Shown here piece after piece: positions 1 to 8,244 of a stretch of DNA of 64,000 nt. A program made the position numbers and the translations under genes. A model generated the notes under the pieces. The model did not search any database and was not told the DNA's origin. It saw only the letters and a list, made by a program, of their open reading frames with translations. How positions within the stretch are numbered: the first letter of the stretch is position 1; each line of letters opens with the position of its first letter. Source of the stretch: an uncultured virus (IMG/VR IMGVR_UViG_3300042673_000573) (Duplodnaviria > Heunggongvirae > Uroviricota > Caudoviricetes). The stretch lies in the IMG/VR virus record IMGVR_UViG_3300042673_000573. One strand, written 5' to 3'.

Positions 1-20
1 TTCAAGTCCTACCTGGTGTA
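1..20 (+). tRNA. 3' fragment of a tRNA (T-arm and acceptor strand), isotype unknown
   Basis: TTCAAGTCCTAC-CTGGTGT-A matches a T-loop/T-stem/acceptor 3' strand, directly before four complete tRNAs. Confidence 0.7.
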
Positions 21-24
21 CTAC

Positions 25-98
25 ACATCTGTAACTCAGTTGGTTAGAGTACCTGCCTTATATGCAGAGAGCCGAAGGTTCAAGTCCTTCCAGATGTA
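25..98 (+). tRNA. tRNA-Ile(UAU)
   Basis: Acceptor ACATCTG/CAGATGT; anticodon arm CTGC-CT TAT AT-GCAG; T-arm GAAGG TTCAAGT CCTTC; no encoded CCA. Confidence 0.9.
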
Positions 99-102
99 CT
101 AA

Positions 103-178
103 TGGGGATTAACTCAGATGGTAGAGTGCCGAACTGTTAATTCGGATGTCGCAGGATCGATGCCTGCATCCCCAGCCA
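103..178 (+). tRNA. tRNA-Asn(GUU)
   Basis: Acceptor TGGGGAT/ATCCCCA; CCGAA-CT GTT AA-TTCGG; encoded CCA; atypical T-loop ATCGATG. Confidence 0.92.
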
Positions 179-179
179 A

Positions 180-253
180 GCGAGTGTTGCATAATGGTAG
201 TGCATCATCCTTCCAAGTTGATTGTGCCAGTTCGATTCTGGTCACTCGCTCCA
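180..253 (+). tRNA. tRNA-Gly(UCC)
   Basis: Acceptor GCGAGTG/CACTCGC; loop CT TCC AA; U discriminator plus CCA. Confidence 0.92.
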
Positions 254-254
254 T

Positions 255-330
255 ACCTCTGTAGTTCAGTGGACAGAACGTTGGACTTCTAAGCCAAGCG
301 TCGCAGGTTCGATTCCTGCCAGGGGTACCA
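255..330 (+). tRNA. tRNA-Arg(UCU)
   Basis: Acceptor ACCTCTG/CAGGGGT; loop CT TCT AA; GGTTCGATTCC T-arm; CCA. Confidence 0.92.
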
Positions 331-348
331 ATGGTATACTTAAATTAT

Positions 349-897
349 ATGAAACTTTTACTTGCTACCTATCCCAGAACTGGGCAACATCTATTGCGTG
401 ATCACATATTACAAGAGTTGCATGTTGAATTTGACTGGACACATGATTGCCAAATAAATACTTATGACAAGATGATAACTATAGCCAGAGATCCTAAAGA
501 GGCTATGGCCTCATGGATAGCCATGGAACTGTATCATGAAGACCTTAACCCAACAAGAAAGCCTCAGACCTTAGACTCTTATGCTAAATGGGCCTCTATT
601 GATCACCTTGTGTTTCATCAGTATGCTATTAGAAATGCTTCAGAAGTCTTTGACTATACCGTTTTAAATAGCCACATGGATAAAATCATTGACAAACTTA
701 GCAAAAAGTTTAACATAGAAAAAACAAATGCCGAGTATGTTAACAATATCTCCGATACAAAAGATCAAAAGCACATAGTCAGTAGTCAAAAAACAAAGCA
801 TTATGATTTAGTAAAAGAATTCTTAGACTCATATGACTTATCAAAAAACTATAAAGCATATGAAGAACTATACTCTATGTGTGCTAACTTAGTTTAA
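349..897 (+). CDS. sulfotransferase-like protein
   Basis: N-terminal LLATYPRTGQHLL resembles the 5'-PSB loop and IARDPKEAMAS the 3'-PB motif; start moved to 349, downstream of TGGTATACT. Confidence 0.6.
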   Translation: MKLLLATYPRTGQHLLRDHILQELHVEFDWTHDCQINTYDKMITIARDPKEAMASWIAMELYHEDLNPTRKPQTLDSYAKWASIDHLVFHQYAIRNASEVFDYTVLNSHMDKIIDKLSKKFNIEKTNAEYVNNISDTKDQKHIVSSQKTKHYDLVKEFLDSYDLSKNYKAYEELYSMCANLV

Positions 898-2001
898 CTC
901 TTTCCAATTAAAATCATAGTTATTTTTATCTAATACAGGATAAGACTGATTATCTATAATTCTTTTTTCGTACCACGCTTTTGATTTTTTAAATAAATCT
1001 GGCATATCAAACTCATTAAAATACTCTTCTGCAGATCTTGTTGCATGAGGCATAGAGTATCTATTCTTTTCATCTAAACAAAAAAACCTATCAGCATGCT
1101 GTCTTTCAATAGTATCGTTGCCACAAAACTTTCCTCTAAAATATTTTACTGGGTACTTATTATTATATACTGTTTCATTATAATCAAAATTGTCATGACC
1201 AAGGTAATGCTCAACTATGTTTGCATAGACATCCCATCCTGACATATAAGTGTATAGACTATCTATCATTTCTTCAGAAACAAATTGAGATCTGGAATCA
1301 AACAAAGTATCCTCTATATATTCTTTTCTTGCAAATATAAAATTACCTCCGACAAAACCCGTCCTTATATATCTATTATCAATAAGTTTGGCATCAGATA
1401 GCGGATACTCTTTTGCTACTTGATTCATGTTATCAAGCAACTCCCACCGTCTTTCTTCATCTGGAAGAACAGATTTCTTTTCTGTAAACCTTGCATTCCA
1501 TACAAAAGGTATTCCATCTTTATATACTAAAGCATCACCAGGATATTGGTTTGTTTGTTGTGATATGATAACTTTACCAGTCTTTGATTCATTCTTAAGA
1601 ACACTCAAATCATTTTTTAGTTTTGTGTCCCAGCCCTTACAAAAATGTGTGTGTGAGTCTATTTGTAAAAAATATTCTTGGAACGTCATAAGTTTTCTAA
1701 GGACATGTCTTATTCTTACAGTTCCTGGACGATTTTCTGCTGCACAATAAATCTTTATTATCTTTTGTGGATCTATGAATGATACATCAGGTATTTCTAT
1801 CTTTTCATATTGAAGAGCAATGCCAAGGTATATATTTTCTGGCTTGTCAGCATTATCTATAATAGATTTTATAGTTCTAATAAGATATGGATCATCGTAT
1901 GATGCTATTGATATATATATTGTTTCTGGAACCACTGATAGAGACTCTAACTTTGGTACTTCTCGTGTATCCACAATGTAAGGATCTTCTATATATTCCA
2001 T
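889..2001 (-). CDS. Gnt1-like (Skp1-hydroxyproline GlcNAc transferase, GT60-type) glycosyltransferase
   Basis: IYISIASYDD, FLQIDSHTHF..GWD (DSH motif), F.SEE..S......GWDVY. Confidence 0.8.
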   Translation of the reverse strand: MEYIEDPYIVDTREVPKLESLSVVPETIYISIASYDDPYLIRTIKSIIDNADKPENIYLGIALQYEKIEIPDVSFIDPQKIIKIYCAAENRPGTVRIRHVLRKLMTFQEYFLQIDSHTHFCKGWDTKLKNDLSVLKNESKTGKVIISQQTNQYPGDALVYKDGIPFVWNARFTEKKSVLPDEERRWELLDNMNQVAKEYPLSDAKLIDNRYIRTGFVGGNFIFARKEYIEDTLFDSRSQFVSEEMIDSLYTYMSGWDVYANIVEHYLGHDNFDYNETVYNNKYPVKYFRGKFCGNDTIERQHADRFFCLDEKNRYSMPHATRSAEEYFNEFDMPDLFKKSKAWYEKRIIDNQSYPVLDKNNYDFNWKELN

Positions 2002-2008
2002 AATTTAA

Positions 2009-2596
2009 TTATATCATTTCATAGTTCAGTTTGTACTTTGGATTGTCTGTAACCCATATTGGCATAGAGTATCTTGTCTCTGTTACTGATGGTACCTCAT
2101 GTATTGAGTCTTTATCCCCTGAAATCCAAGAAAGCATGTCTCCTTCTACAGGAGAATACTTATATCCTATGTTTGGAAATATTATTTCATTACCAGAATT
2201 AACTGAGTTAAAATATGCTATTGTGCTATATTTAAAATGTGAGTTATGTCCATCTTCTTGATCAGAGTGTAACCTTACCCTTGAGCCAGGCATTCCTTTT
2301 GATAGCCAAAAAGAAGCAATATAGAGTTCTTTATCATCATTGTAAATTTTTTTTAGTTCTTTTATTATTTTATTAAAATATATAATTGAAAGATTATTTA
2401 TCTTATCAATTCCAGAAACAATATCTTTATAGTTTTTTCTATGATCATCAAACCCAAACTGCAAAACAGTCCTTCCTAATGGACCAACAAATATCTTTTG
2501 ATTTGTATCTATGAAATCAATAAAACTTTTGCAGTCCTCTTTATTAATAAAATCAGAAGATACCTCTATGTTAATTTTGTTTACCTTTAGATACAA
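2009..2596 (-). CDS. 2OG-Fe(II) oxygenase, prolyl 4-hydroxylase-like
   Basis: HSD...YFN...EIIFP...HEV...RYS (HxD..H..RxS); TTG start. Confidence 0.8.
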   Translation of the reverse strand: MYLKVNKINIEVSSDFINKEDCKSFIDFIDTNQKIFVGPLGRTVLQFGFDDHRKNYKDIVSGIDKINNLSIIYFNKIIKELKKIYNDDKELYIASFWLSKGMPGSRVRLHSDQEDGHNSHFKYSTIAYFNSVNSGNEIIFPNIGYKYSPVEGDMLSWISGDKDSIHEVPSVTETRYSMPIWVTDNPKYKLNYEMI

Positions 2597-3335
2597 CGGT
2601 TACAACTGCATGCTCATCAAAAAGATGTTCAACAAGGTCTTCCTCAAGTTGTTTAATTATTTGACTATACTTTCCGTGAACAACATTTTGATTATGCAAC
2701 CCACCATTTATTACTAAACACGCCTCTCGATCCTCATTAAAAATTTCTAACATTTCTTTTAGCAGTTCTAATATATTATATCTATAGTGTAACAGGACAA
2801 GAAGTTCTGGAATATCTTTTATTCTTTGCAAGGTTTCAATTTCTTTTTGGGCTGCATCATTCTCAACGACTATTCCTTCTTCAATAAATGCACGAGTTGC
2901 ATCATTTCTAAAAAATTCTTTTAATAGATAACCAGCCTCACCAGCCTCCAGTGCAGATAAAGCAAGTGACATTGGTGCAGCACTTGGGCCAGCAATAATA
3001 GAAACATCATATCCTTGTGCTCTAACATCTCTTATGAGTCCGCAGCCTGGATCTGCAATTCCTGGATATCCCATGTGTAATAATAGCATTACATCTTTTC
3101 CAGCATCAAGAATTTCTTTTGTTTTTGATAATTGTTCTGCAAGTGTGTAGTCAAGAAAAACATCACAGTTAATATTATCTTCTATACCAAGGGCCAACAT
3201 ATCTTTAATTAGTTGGTCTTCGTGCTCTACCCAAACAAATTCTCCAGACTTTAGATAGTTCAGGACTTTCTGTGGGGTATCTGTTGGATCTGTTAAATGA
3301 TTACAGCCTATTATAAAGGTTCCTTTTTTATTCAT
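2571..3335 (-). CDS. RsmI/YraL-like tetrapyrrole-methylase-fold methyltransferase
   Basis: GYPGIADPGCGLI...IIAGPSAAPMSLALS resembles RsmI GTPxISDPG...PGPSA. Confidence 0.7.
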   Translation of the reverse strand: MNKKGTFIIGCNHLTDPTDTPQKVLNYLKSGEFVWVEHEDQLIKDMLALGIEDNINCDVFLDYTLAEQLSKTKEILDAGKDVMLLLHMGYPGIADPGCGLIRDVRAQGYDVSIIAGPSAAPMSLALSALEAGEAGYLLKEFFRNDATRAFIEEGIVVENDAAQKEIETLQRIKDIPELLVLLHYRYNILELLKEMLEIFNEDREACLVINGGLHNQNVVHGKYSQIIKQLEEDLVEHLFDEHAVVTVVSKGKQN

Positions 3336-3366
3336 AAGATAATTGTAGCATATGGTGTATAATTAT
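3336..3366. promoter_or_regulatory. back-to-back -10 promoters
   Basis: TGCTACAAT on - (6 nt before ATG 3335) and GTGTATAAT on + between divergent genes. Confidence 0.6.
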
Positions 3367-3386
3367 ATTCTACAGATAGGGTCTAA

Positions 3387-4082
3387 ATGGCAAGAGAAAT
3401 AGTTCCATCATTCATTGATTCATTTCCAGAACTACCGTTTAATCAAATTGAAGATGGACACAAGTTAGATCAGTCTCAACTAAATAATACAAAAGTCTAT
3501 GCTTCAAGAGAAGAATATACCAAGCATCTTCCTAAAAATATGAGGTACCTTGAGATAGGTGTTGCCTGGGGATACTACTCTGAATTTGTAGCAGAAAATG
3601 CTAATCCACAAAGTATAGACCTTCTTGACTTTTATGATCTTGACCTTAAGTGCTGGTCTTGGAGAAAATTTGGAGAGTGCAAGTGTGAGCCTGTTAAGCA
3701 CGAAATGAAGTACACTCCAGAGACGCATGAGCCATATATAAAAGAACTATTTAGTAAATATAAGAATGTTTCAACAATTAAAGGAAATGCAATAAATATT
3801 CTTCCAGGACTAAATAAAGAATATGACTATATATACATAGATATTTCTAATAAGCGTGATCAGACAAGAAAAGTTTTAAATCTTTCTGCTAATCTTGTTC
3901 CTATTGGTGGAATCATTGGATTAAATGACTATCTAATTTTTGATGGTATCATAGAAGAAGGTCCATACGGTACATATCAGACTGTTAATGAATTCTTATA
4001 TAAAAATAAAAATTGGTCAGTCTCTGCATTAGCACTACACAATCTTGGATTTTATGATATATATTTAAAAAGGGAGCAATAA
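3387..4082 (+). CDS. class I SAM-dependent methyltransferase (Methyltransf_24-like)
   Basis: YLEIGVAWG motif I, YDYIYID, GGIIGLNDY. Confidence 0.8.
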   Translation: MAREIVPSFIDSFPELPFNQIEDGHKLDQSQLNNTKVYASREEYTKHLPKNMRYLEIGVAWGYYSEFVAENANPQSIDLLDFYDLDLKCWSWRKFGECKCEPVKHEMKYTPETHEPYIKELFSKYKNVSTIKGNAINILPGLNKEYDYIYIDISNKRDQTRKVLNLSANLVPIGGIIGLNDYLIFDGIIEEGPYGTYQTVNEFLYKNKNWSVSALALHNLGFYDIYLKREQ

Positions 4083-4083
4083 G

Positions 4084-5022
4084 ATGGCTGGTAAGTACGA
4101 CATAAAGTTAAATGACTCTGCAAATGTGTCTGATGTATTCTTTGATGAGTTTGACCTAACATGGATGCATGGTATGCCAAAAGATAAAAGAACATTTACA
4201 AAACTTCCTATTGAAAATATATTTAGCGGTGGGGATGATGGATCTATATCCTATAACTACAATCAAGATGGTTTTAGGTCTGATGAGTTTTCTAATGATC
4301 ATGGTAAGTATCATATTCTTTTTAGTGGTTGCTCACAAACTGAAGGTGTTGGCGGATCTATTGATACAGTATGGACTAATATTCTTCATAAGCAACTTAA
4401 AGATCGTGGGCTTGATGTTGGTGGCTTTTATACTTTAGCAAGATCTGGCTATGGCTGGCAAAAAATTATCTCACAGTTTATGCTATACACAAAAAAATAC
4501 GGAATGCCAACACACTTCTTTGTACTTATGCCAAACATAGGAAGGTTCTACCTATGGTCTGAAGAAAGAAATAATTGGGTATATGTGCAAAGATACCCAG
4601 TAAATACTGACTATGATGCAATCAATGATTGGCGTAAAAAGCATGACTCTGAAGAAGTTCCTGAGCCTTCAAGGTTTGAAGAGCAAAAGTTGTCAGTTAA
4701 AGAACATAGAGAAAAGTTTTTAGATTTTGTTATAGGATGGAAACTTTTTTCAGAATACTGCAAAGCCAATAACGTTAAATTAGTTTGGTCTTCTTGGGAC
4801 TATGCAGAATCAGATAACTATTCATTGATTAAAAGCAATGAGTTCTTTCCGTTAAATGAAAGTAATGAGATCGAATCTTTCATATCAAAGAAAAGACCAG
4901 ACCTAAAACTTGAAAAATATGATTTAATAAGAAGAGATGGGCACGATGGAGTTCTTTGGCATGAGTATTGGGCTGAAAAGTTTTTAGAAAAAATAGATGA
5001 AAGGGAGTTATTCAATGATTAA
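4084..5022 (+). CDS. SGNH/GDSL-like protein (paralog 1)
   Basis: NQDGFRSDEF, ILFSGCSQTEG (GDS-like), C-terminal RDGHDG. Confidence 0.6.
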   Translation: MAGKYDIKLNDSANVSDVFFDEFDLTWMHGMPKDKRTFTKLPIENIFSGGDDGSISYNYNQDGFRSDEFSNDHGKYHILFSGCSQTEGVGGSIDTVWTNILHKQLKDRGLDVGGFYTLARSGYGWQKIISQFMLYTKKYGMPTHFFVLMPNIGRFYLWSEERNNWVYVQRYPVNTDYDAINDWRKKHDSEEVPEPSRFEEQKLSVKEHREKFLDFVIGWKLFSEYCKANNVKLVWSSWDYAESDNYSLIKSNEFFPLNESNEIESFISKKRPDLKLEKYDLIRRDGHDGVLWHEYWAEKFLEKIDERELFND

Positions 5023-5095
5023 AAAGATTAAGATGTGGTTCAGAATAAGAAAGATTAAAAAGCAGATCAATAGAAAAAGAGACTTTATTTATTAA
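5015..5095 (+). CDS. 26-aa basic peptide MIKKIKMWFRIRKIKKQINRKRDFIY
   Basis: Not in the ORF track; SD GGGAG upstream; overlaps the upstream stop. Confidence 0.55.
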   Translation: MIKKIKMWFRIRKIKKQINRKRDFIY

Positions 5096-5564
5096 TAAGT
5101 TGTAGTTTGACTATGTATCTATGAGTTGTATACCTTGACTCATCAACTTCATCTTGCTCTGCAATAAGTTCAAACTCATTTGTTTGAGGAAGAAATATAA
5201 GCAAAGGCTCATTTTCTTCTTTTAAAGAGGAAACAAGAAAACTATCATTAGTTTGTACTATTACTATAGACTCAATAGTCTTTTGTTCTCTTATATGCCC
5301 CCATAAAGCCATAGACTTTTCTATACCAAACCACATATTGTTATTAATTTTCCTTGAATGAATTTCCAACTCAGACAAACCTTCGTCGTATGGACTTGGT
5401 TTGTCATGTGTTTTTAATATATATATGTGTCTGAATGGTTCTTCTGTCCATTGAAACCCCTCACTCTCAAACCCTTGCTGTAATATAATAAAAAACTTTT
5501 CTGGCTCTTCAAGAGCAAGCGGAAGAAAGTTTCTGTTAGGATCTGTCTGAGGTCTTTTTGTCAT
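5085..5564 (-). CDS. hypothetical protein
   Basis: 159-aa ORF. Confidence 0.6.
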   Translation of the reverse strand: MTKRPQTDPNRNFLPLALEEPEKFFIILQQGFESEGFQWTEEPFRHIYILKTHDKPSPYDEGLSELEIHSRKINNNMWFGIEKSMALWGHIREQKTIESIVIVQTNDSFLVSSLKEENEPLLIFLPQTNEFELIAEQDEVDESRYTTHRYIVKLQLINK

Positions 5565-5679
5565 TTTTGTTTTCGTATGGCCCTAGGTCTGCCTTAACAG
5601 TACCATCTTTTCTTAGTCTAACAATTCTTCCATCTTTAATCTGTGTTGGATTAAACGCATGAGATTTCCTTTTTGGCAT
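5536..5679 (-). CDS. 47-aa basic hypothetical protein (MPKRKSHAFNPTQIKDGRIVRLRKDG...)
   Basis: Translated by hand; TGGTATACT lies 6 nt before the ATG. Confidence 0.6.
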   Translation of the reverse strand: MPKRKSHAFNPTQIKDGRIVRLRKDGTVKADLGPYENKNDKKTSDRS

Positions 5680-5699
5680 TTACTTAGTATACCATATTA

Positions 5700-5768
5700 T
5701 GCTATAATTAATACACCTGCCCAAATGGGGGGTAAATTAACTTATTCGCTTGAAAGGGGAATAACATG
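5700..5768 (+). promoter_or_regulatory. hsp20 promoter and ROSE-like RNA thermometer 5' UTR
   Basis: TGCTATAAT followed by two hairpins; TTATTCGCT-TGAA-AGGGGAATAA pairs over the SD. Confidence 0.6.
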
Positions 5769-6182
5769 GTAACAAAGTACGCTATGGATCTATTTAATGA
5801 TCCTTTTTTTATTGGCTTCAACAGAGAGTTGAGTCGCCTAAATACAGCACATAAAACAAACTCACAGTCATACCCTCCGTATGATCTTATCAAACTAGAT
5901 GAAGATACATACAAGATTTCACTGGCTGTCGCTGGGTTTTCAAAGGACGATATTGATGTTTCAGTAGATAATGGAACACTGATCATCAAGGGTGAGATTG
6001 TTGAAGTTACAGATGCAGAGGTAGTTCATAAGGGAATCGCAGGAAGAAAGTTCGTAAGATCTTTTGCACTGGGAGAGTATATGGAAGTAACATCTGCAGA
6101 ACTTAAGGACGGTATGCTGCATGTTAATGTGGTTCGTATTGTTCCTGAAGAAAAGAAGCCTAAATCTATTAAAATTAAGTAG
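5766..6182 (+). CDS. hsp20: small heat shock protein (Hsp20/IbpA family)
   Basis: YPPYDL, LAVAGF, HKGIAGRKFVRSFAL, AELKDGML, PEEKKP. Confidence 0.95.
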   Translation: MVTKYAMDLFNDPFFIGFNRELSRLNTAHKTNSQSYPPYDLIKLDEDTYKISLAVAGFSKDDIDVSVDNGTLIIKGEIVEVTDAEVVHKGIAGRKFVRSFALGEYMEVTSAELKDGMLHVNVVRIVPEEKKPKSIKIK

Positions 6183-6204
6183 TATAATAGATAACATTCC
6201 GATA
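6180..6204 (+). repeat. direct repeat copy 1 (copy 2 at 7425-7449)
   Basis: TAGTATAATAGATAACATTCCGATA vs TAGGATAATATATAACATTCCGCTA, 22/25 identical. Confidence 0.75.
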
Positions 6205-6304
6205 TAAGACTTTAAAAGGTTTTACAACGGATGCTCGATGAAAAGAGAGTTAGCAGGCTGATAGCCGTGGCTAATAGACCTGAGCAGTCGTCTATAAACT
6301 GCTC
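6195..6304 (+). ncRNA. putative structured small RNA ending in an H-type pseudoknot
   Basis: Own TATAAT (6183-6188); several hairpins; crossing stems ATAGAC/GTCTAT and GAGCAG/CTGCTC. Confidence 0.55.
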
Positions 6305-6308
6305 CATT

Positions 6309-6374
6309 ATTCACCCAAAATTCTTTATTTGTTTACCAATTATAACAAAAATTTATAGTCTTGTCCTATATACT
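6309..6374 (+). promoter_or_regulatory. putative PHO box plus -10 of leaderless pstS
   Basis: 11-nt-spaced ATTCACCC/ATTCTTTA/GTTTACCA; TATACT 6 nt before ATG 6381. Confidence 0.55.
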
Positions 6375-6380
6375 ATAAGT

Positions 6381-7427
6381 ATGAAATTTAAATTCATTGC
6401 TTTACCAGTAGCATTAGCCATATTTGCTAATGCTTTTTTTATTACCCCCTCACATGCTGATAACCTTCAAGGTGCTGGATCCACATTTGCTGCTAATTTT
6501 ATAGACAGATGCAGGGTCGAATTTATGAAATCAACAGGAGATTCTGTTGTGTATGGAGCATCTGGTTCAGGTGCTGGAAAGAATATGTTTTCAAATGGAG
6601 TAACAGACTTTGCTATGTCAGATGTTCCTTACTCTGGGACAGAAGTAAAGCCATCAAAAGAGTTTGTATATGTTCCATTAGTCGCAGGGCCAATCGGAAT
6701 TATCTACAAACTTGATGGATATAGAGTTACTATTAAGATGAGCAAAGACACACTTGCTAAAGTTTTTGCGGGACAAGTAACAATGTGGAATGACCCACAG
6801 ATACTAAAAGAAAACATGATAGGAACAAGACTACCAAAGATACCAGCAACTAAGATTAGGGTTGTATATCGTGTTGATGGTTCTGGAACTTCAGAGGTTT
6901 TCACTTCATATCTTAATGCAGTTGCTCCAACAATCTGGACAAAGCCAGGAAACAAAAACTTTGCAACCGCATTCCCTGGAGATATATCTAAGCAGTACAT
7001 GAACAGTGCTTCTGGATCACATGGAATTGCAATGGTTCAGGGAACTACAAATGGATCTATTGGATACAATGAGATATCATATGCAAGAGGACTAAAGACA
7101 ATCTCTGTTGAGAATGAGGCTGGAAGGTTTATCCAACCAACAGTAAGTGCAGCGTCAGTATTCCTTGGAGACTTTGTTCCAGATAAGAGTGGCGTAGTTA
7201 AAATTAATTACAAGAACCCAAACAAACTATCTTATAACATATCTACTTTTACCTACGGTATAGCATACAAAGAAAAGAACTCAAAGAATGATTCAGTTAA
7301 AAAGTTCTTTAACTTCATGCTTGACACTTGTGGGAAGAAGGCTGAAGACCTTGGCTACTCTCCAATCAGAAGTGCTATGCTCAAGTTTTCAAAGGCAAGG
7401 GTAGCAGAAATAAGTTCAAAACCATAG
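6381..7427 (+). CDS. pstS: phosphate ABC transporter substrate-binding protein
   Basis: Signal peptide; GAGSTF, GSGAG, DFAMSD, RVDGSGTS, GSIGYNE. Confidence 0.95.
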   Translation: MKFKFIALPVALAIFANAFFITPSHADNLQGAGSTFAANFIDRCRVEFMKSTGDSVVYGASGSGAGKNMFSNGVTDFAMSDVPYSGTEVKPSKEFVYVPLVAGPIGIIYKLDGYRVTIKMSKDTLAKVFAGQVTMWNDPQILKENMIGTRLPKIPATKIRVVYRVDGSGTSEVFTSYLNAVAPTIWTKPGNKNFATAFPGDISKQYMNSASGSHGIAMVQGTTNGSIGYNEISYARGLKTISVENEAGRFIQPTVSAASVFLGDFVPDKSGVVKINYKNPNKLSYNISTFTYGIAYKEKNSKNDSVKKFFNFMLDTCGKKAEDLGYSPIRSAMLKFSKARVAEISSKP

Positions 7428-7449
7428 GATAATATATAACATTCCGCTA
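7425..7449 (+). repeat. direct repeat copy 2
   Basis: See 6180-6204; overlaps the pstS stop. Confidence 0.75.
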
Positions 7450-7485
7450 ATATGGTATAATTTAGTTAACGAAAGGCTATACAAA

Positions 7486-8205
7486 ATGGATCAAGGAAAA
7501 TTAGCAGACAAAGAAAATAGTGTAACGTCAAGCAGAAAAGGCAATAAGTTTAGGTATGAAAGCCCTTTTCCAGGAATGCATATCTATAGCGATGTTTGGC
7601 CAGATTCAATGGATTTCTTTAGAAAAATTGAAGAAGATACATTTTGGGAAAAGGCTGGAAGTAATGGAGTTAAGTGGCAAAGAGAAGACTATCTTGATGC
7701 TGAGGTAGGTAAAAAGGCATATACCTGTTGGGTATGGCATGATCAAGATGTTCAAGATAACCTTGAAGAGGTTATAGACTCTTACCTTTGGCATTGGGAC
7801 CTTGATCCACACAGTCGTGAGTCTTTAAGAATTACAAAGTATTCTCCAACTGGTGAGTTTTTTGGTATGCACCCTGATGATTCTTTTGCTACCCCTCGCA
7901 CTACTGCATTAGTCTATTATCCAAATGATGATTACGAAGGTGGAGAACTTGAGTTCTTGCATTTTGATGTAAAGATAAAGCCAAAGGCTGGGCAACTATT
8001 TTTGTTCCCTGCTGCATATAGTTATGAACATAAGATTCACCCAGTTACTGGTGGCAACCATAGATATACACTCGTTACCTTTTTTAATCAGGCAACAGAA
8101 AAAGAAAGACAAACAAGAAACAGAATGATAAGCAAAAACAAATTTTATACTGCAAACCTTAAATATGTTCTTTCTCCAGAGTTTGGTGGACTTGGAGAAG
8201 ACTAA
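7486..8205 (+). CDS. 2OG-Fe(II) oxygenase, prolyl 4-hydroxylase-like
   Basis: HPD, YPNDDYEGGELEF, HKIHPV, RYT; upstream TGGTATAAT and GAAAGG. Confidence 0.88.
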   Translation: MDQGKLADKENSVTSSRKGNKFRYESPFPGMHIYSDVWPDSMDFFRKIEEDTFWEKAGSNGVKWQREDYLDAEVGKKAYTCWVWHDQDVQDNLEEVIDSYLWHWDLDPHSRESLRITKYSPTGEFFGMHPDDSFATPRTTALVYYPNDDYEGGELEFLHFDVKIKPKAGQLFLFPAAYSYEHKIHPVTGGNHRYTLVTFFNQATEKERQTRNRMISKNKFYTANLKYVLSPEFGGLGED

Positions 8206-8234
8206 AAAGAGGGCAGAAATTAATCTGCCCCCTA
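8204..8234. terminator. intrinsic terminator between convergent genes
   Basis: AAAAAGA-GGGCAGA-AATTAA-TCTGCCC; U-tract on the - strand. Confidence 0.7.
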
Positions 8235-8244
8235 AATAGTTTTA

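Noticed and set aside
1..330. tRNA as a prophage attachment site
   Set aside because: No integrase, host housekeeping block or duplicated tRNA 3' end in the window; the tRNAs form a tight phage-type array.
6231..6380. 50-aa N-terminal extension of PstS in the ORF track
   Set aside because: The signal peptide starts at Met 6381; the upstream region is better explained as structured RNA, PHO box and promoter.
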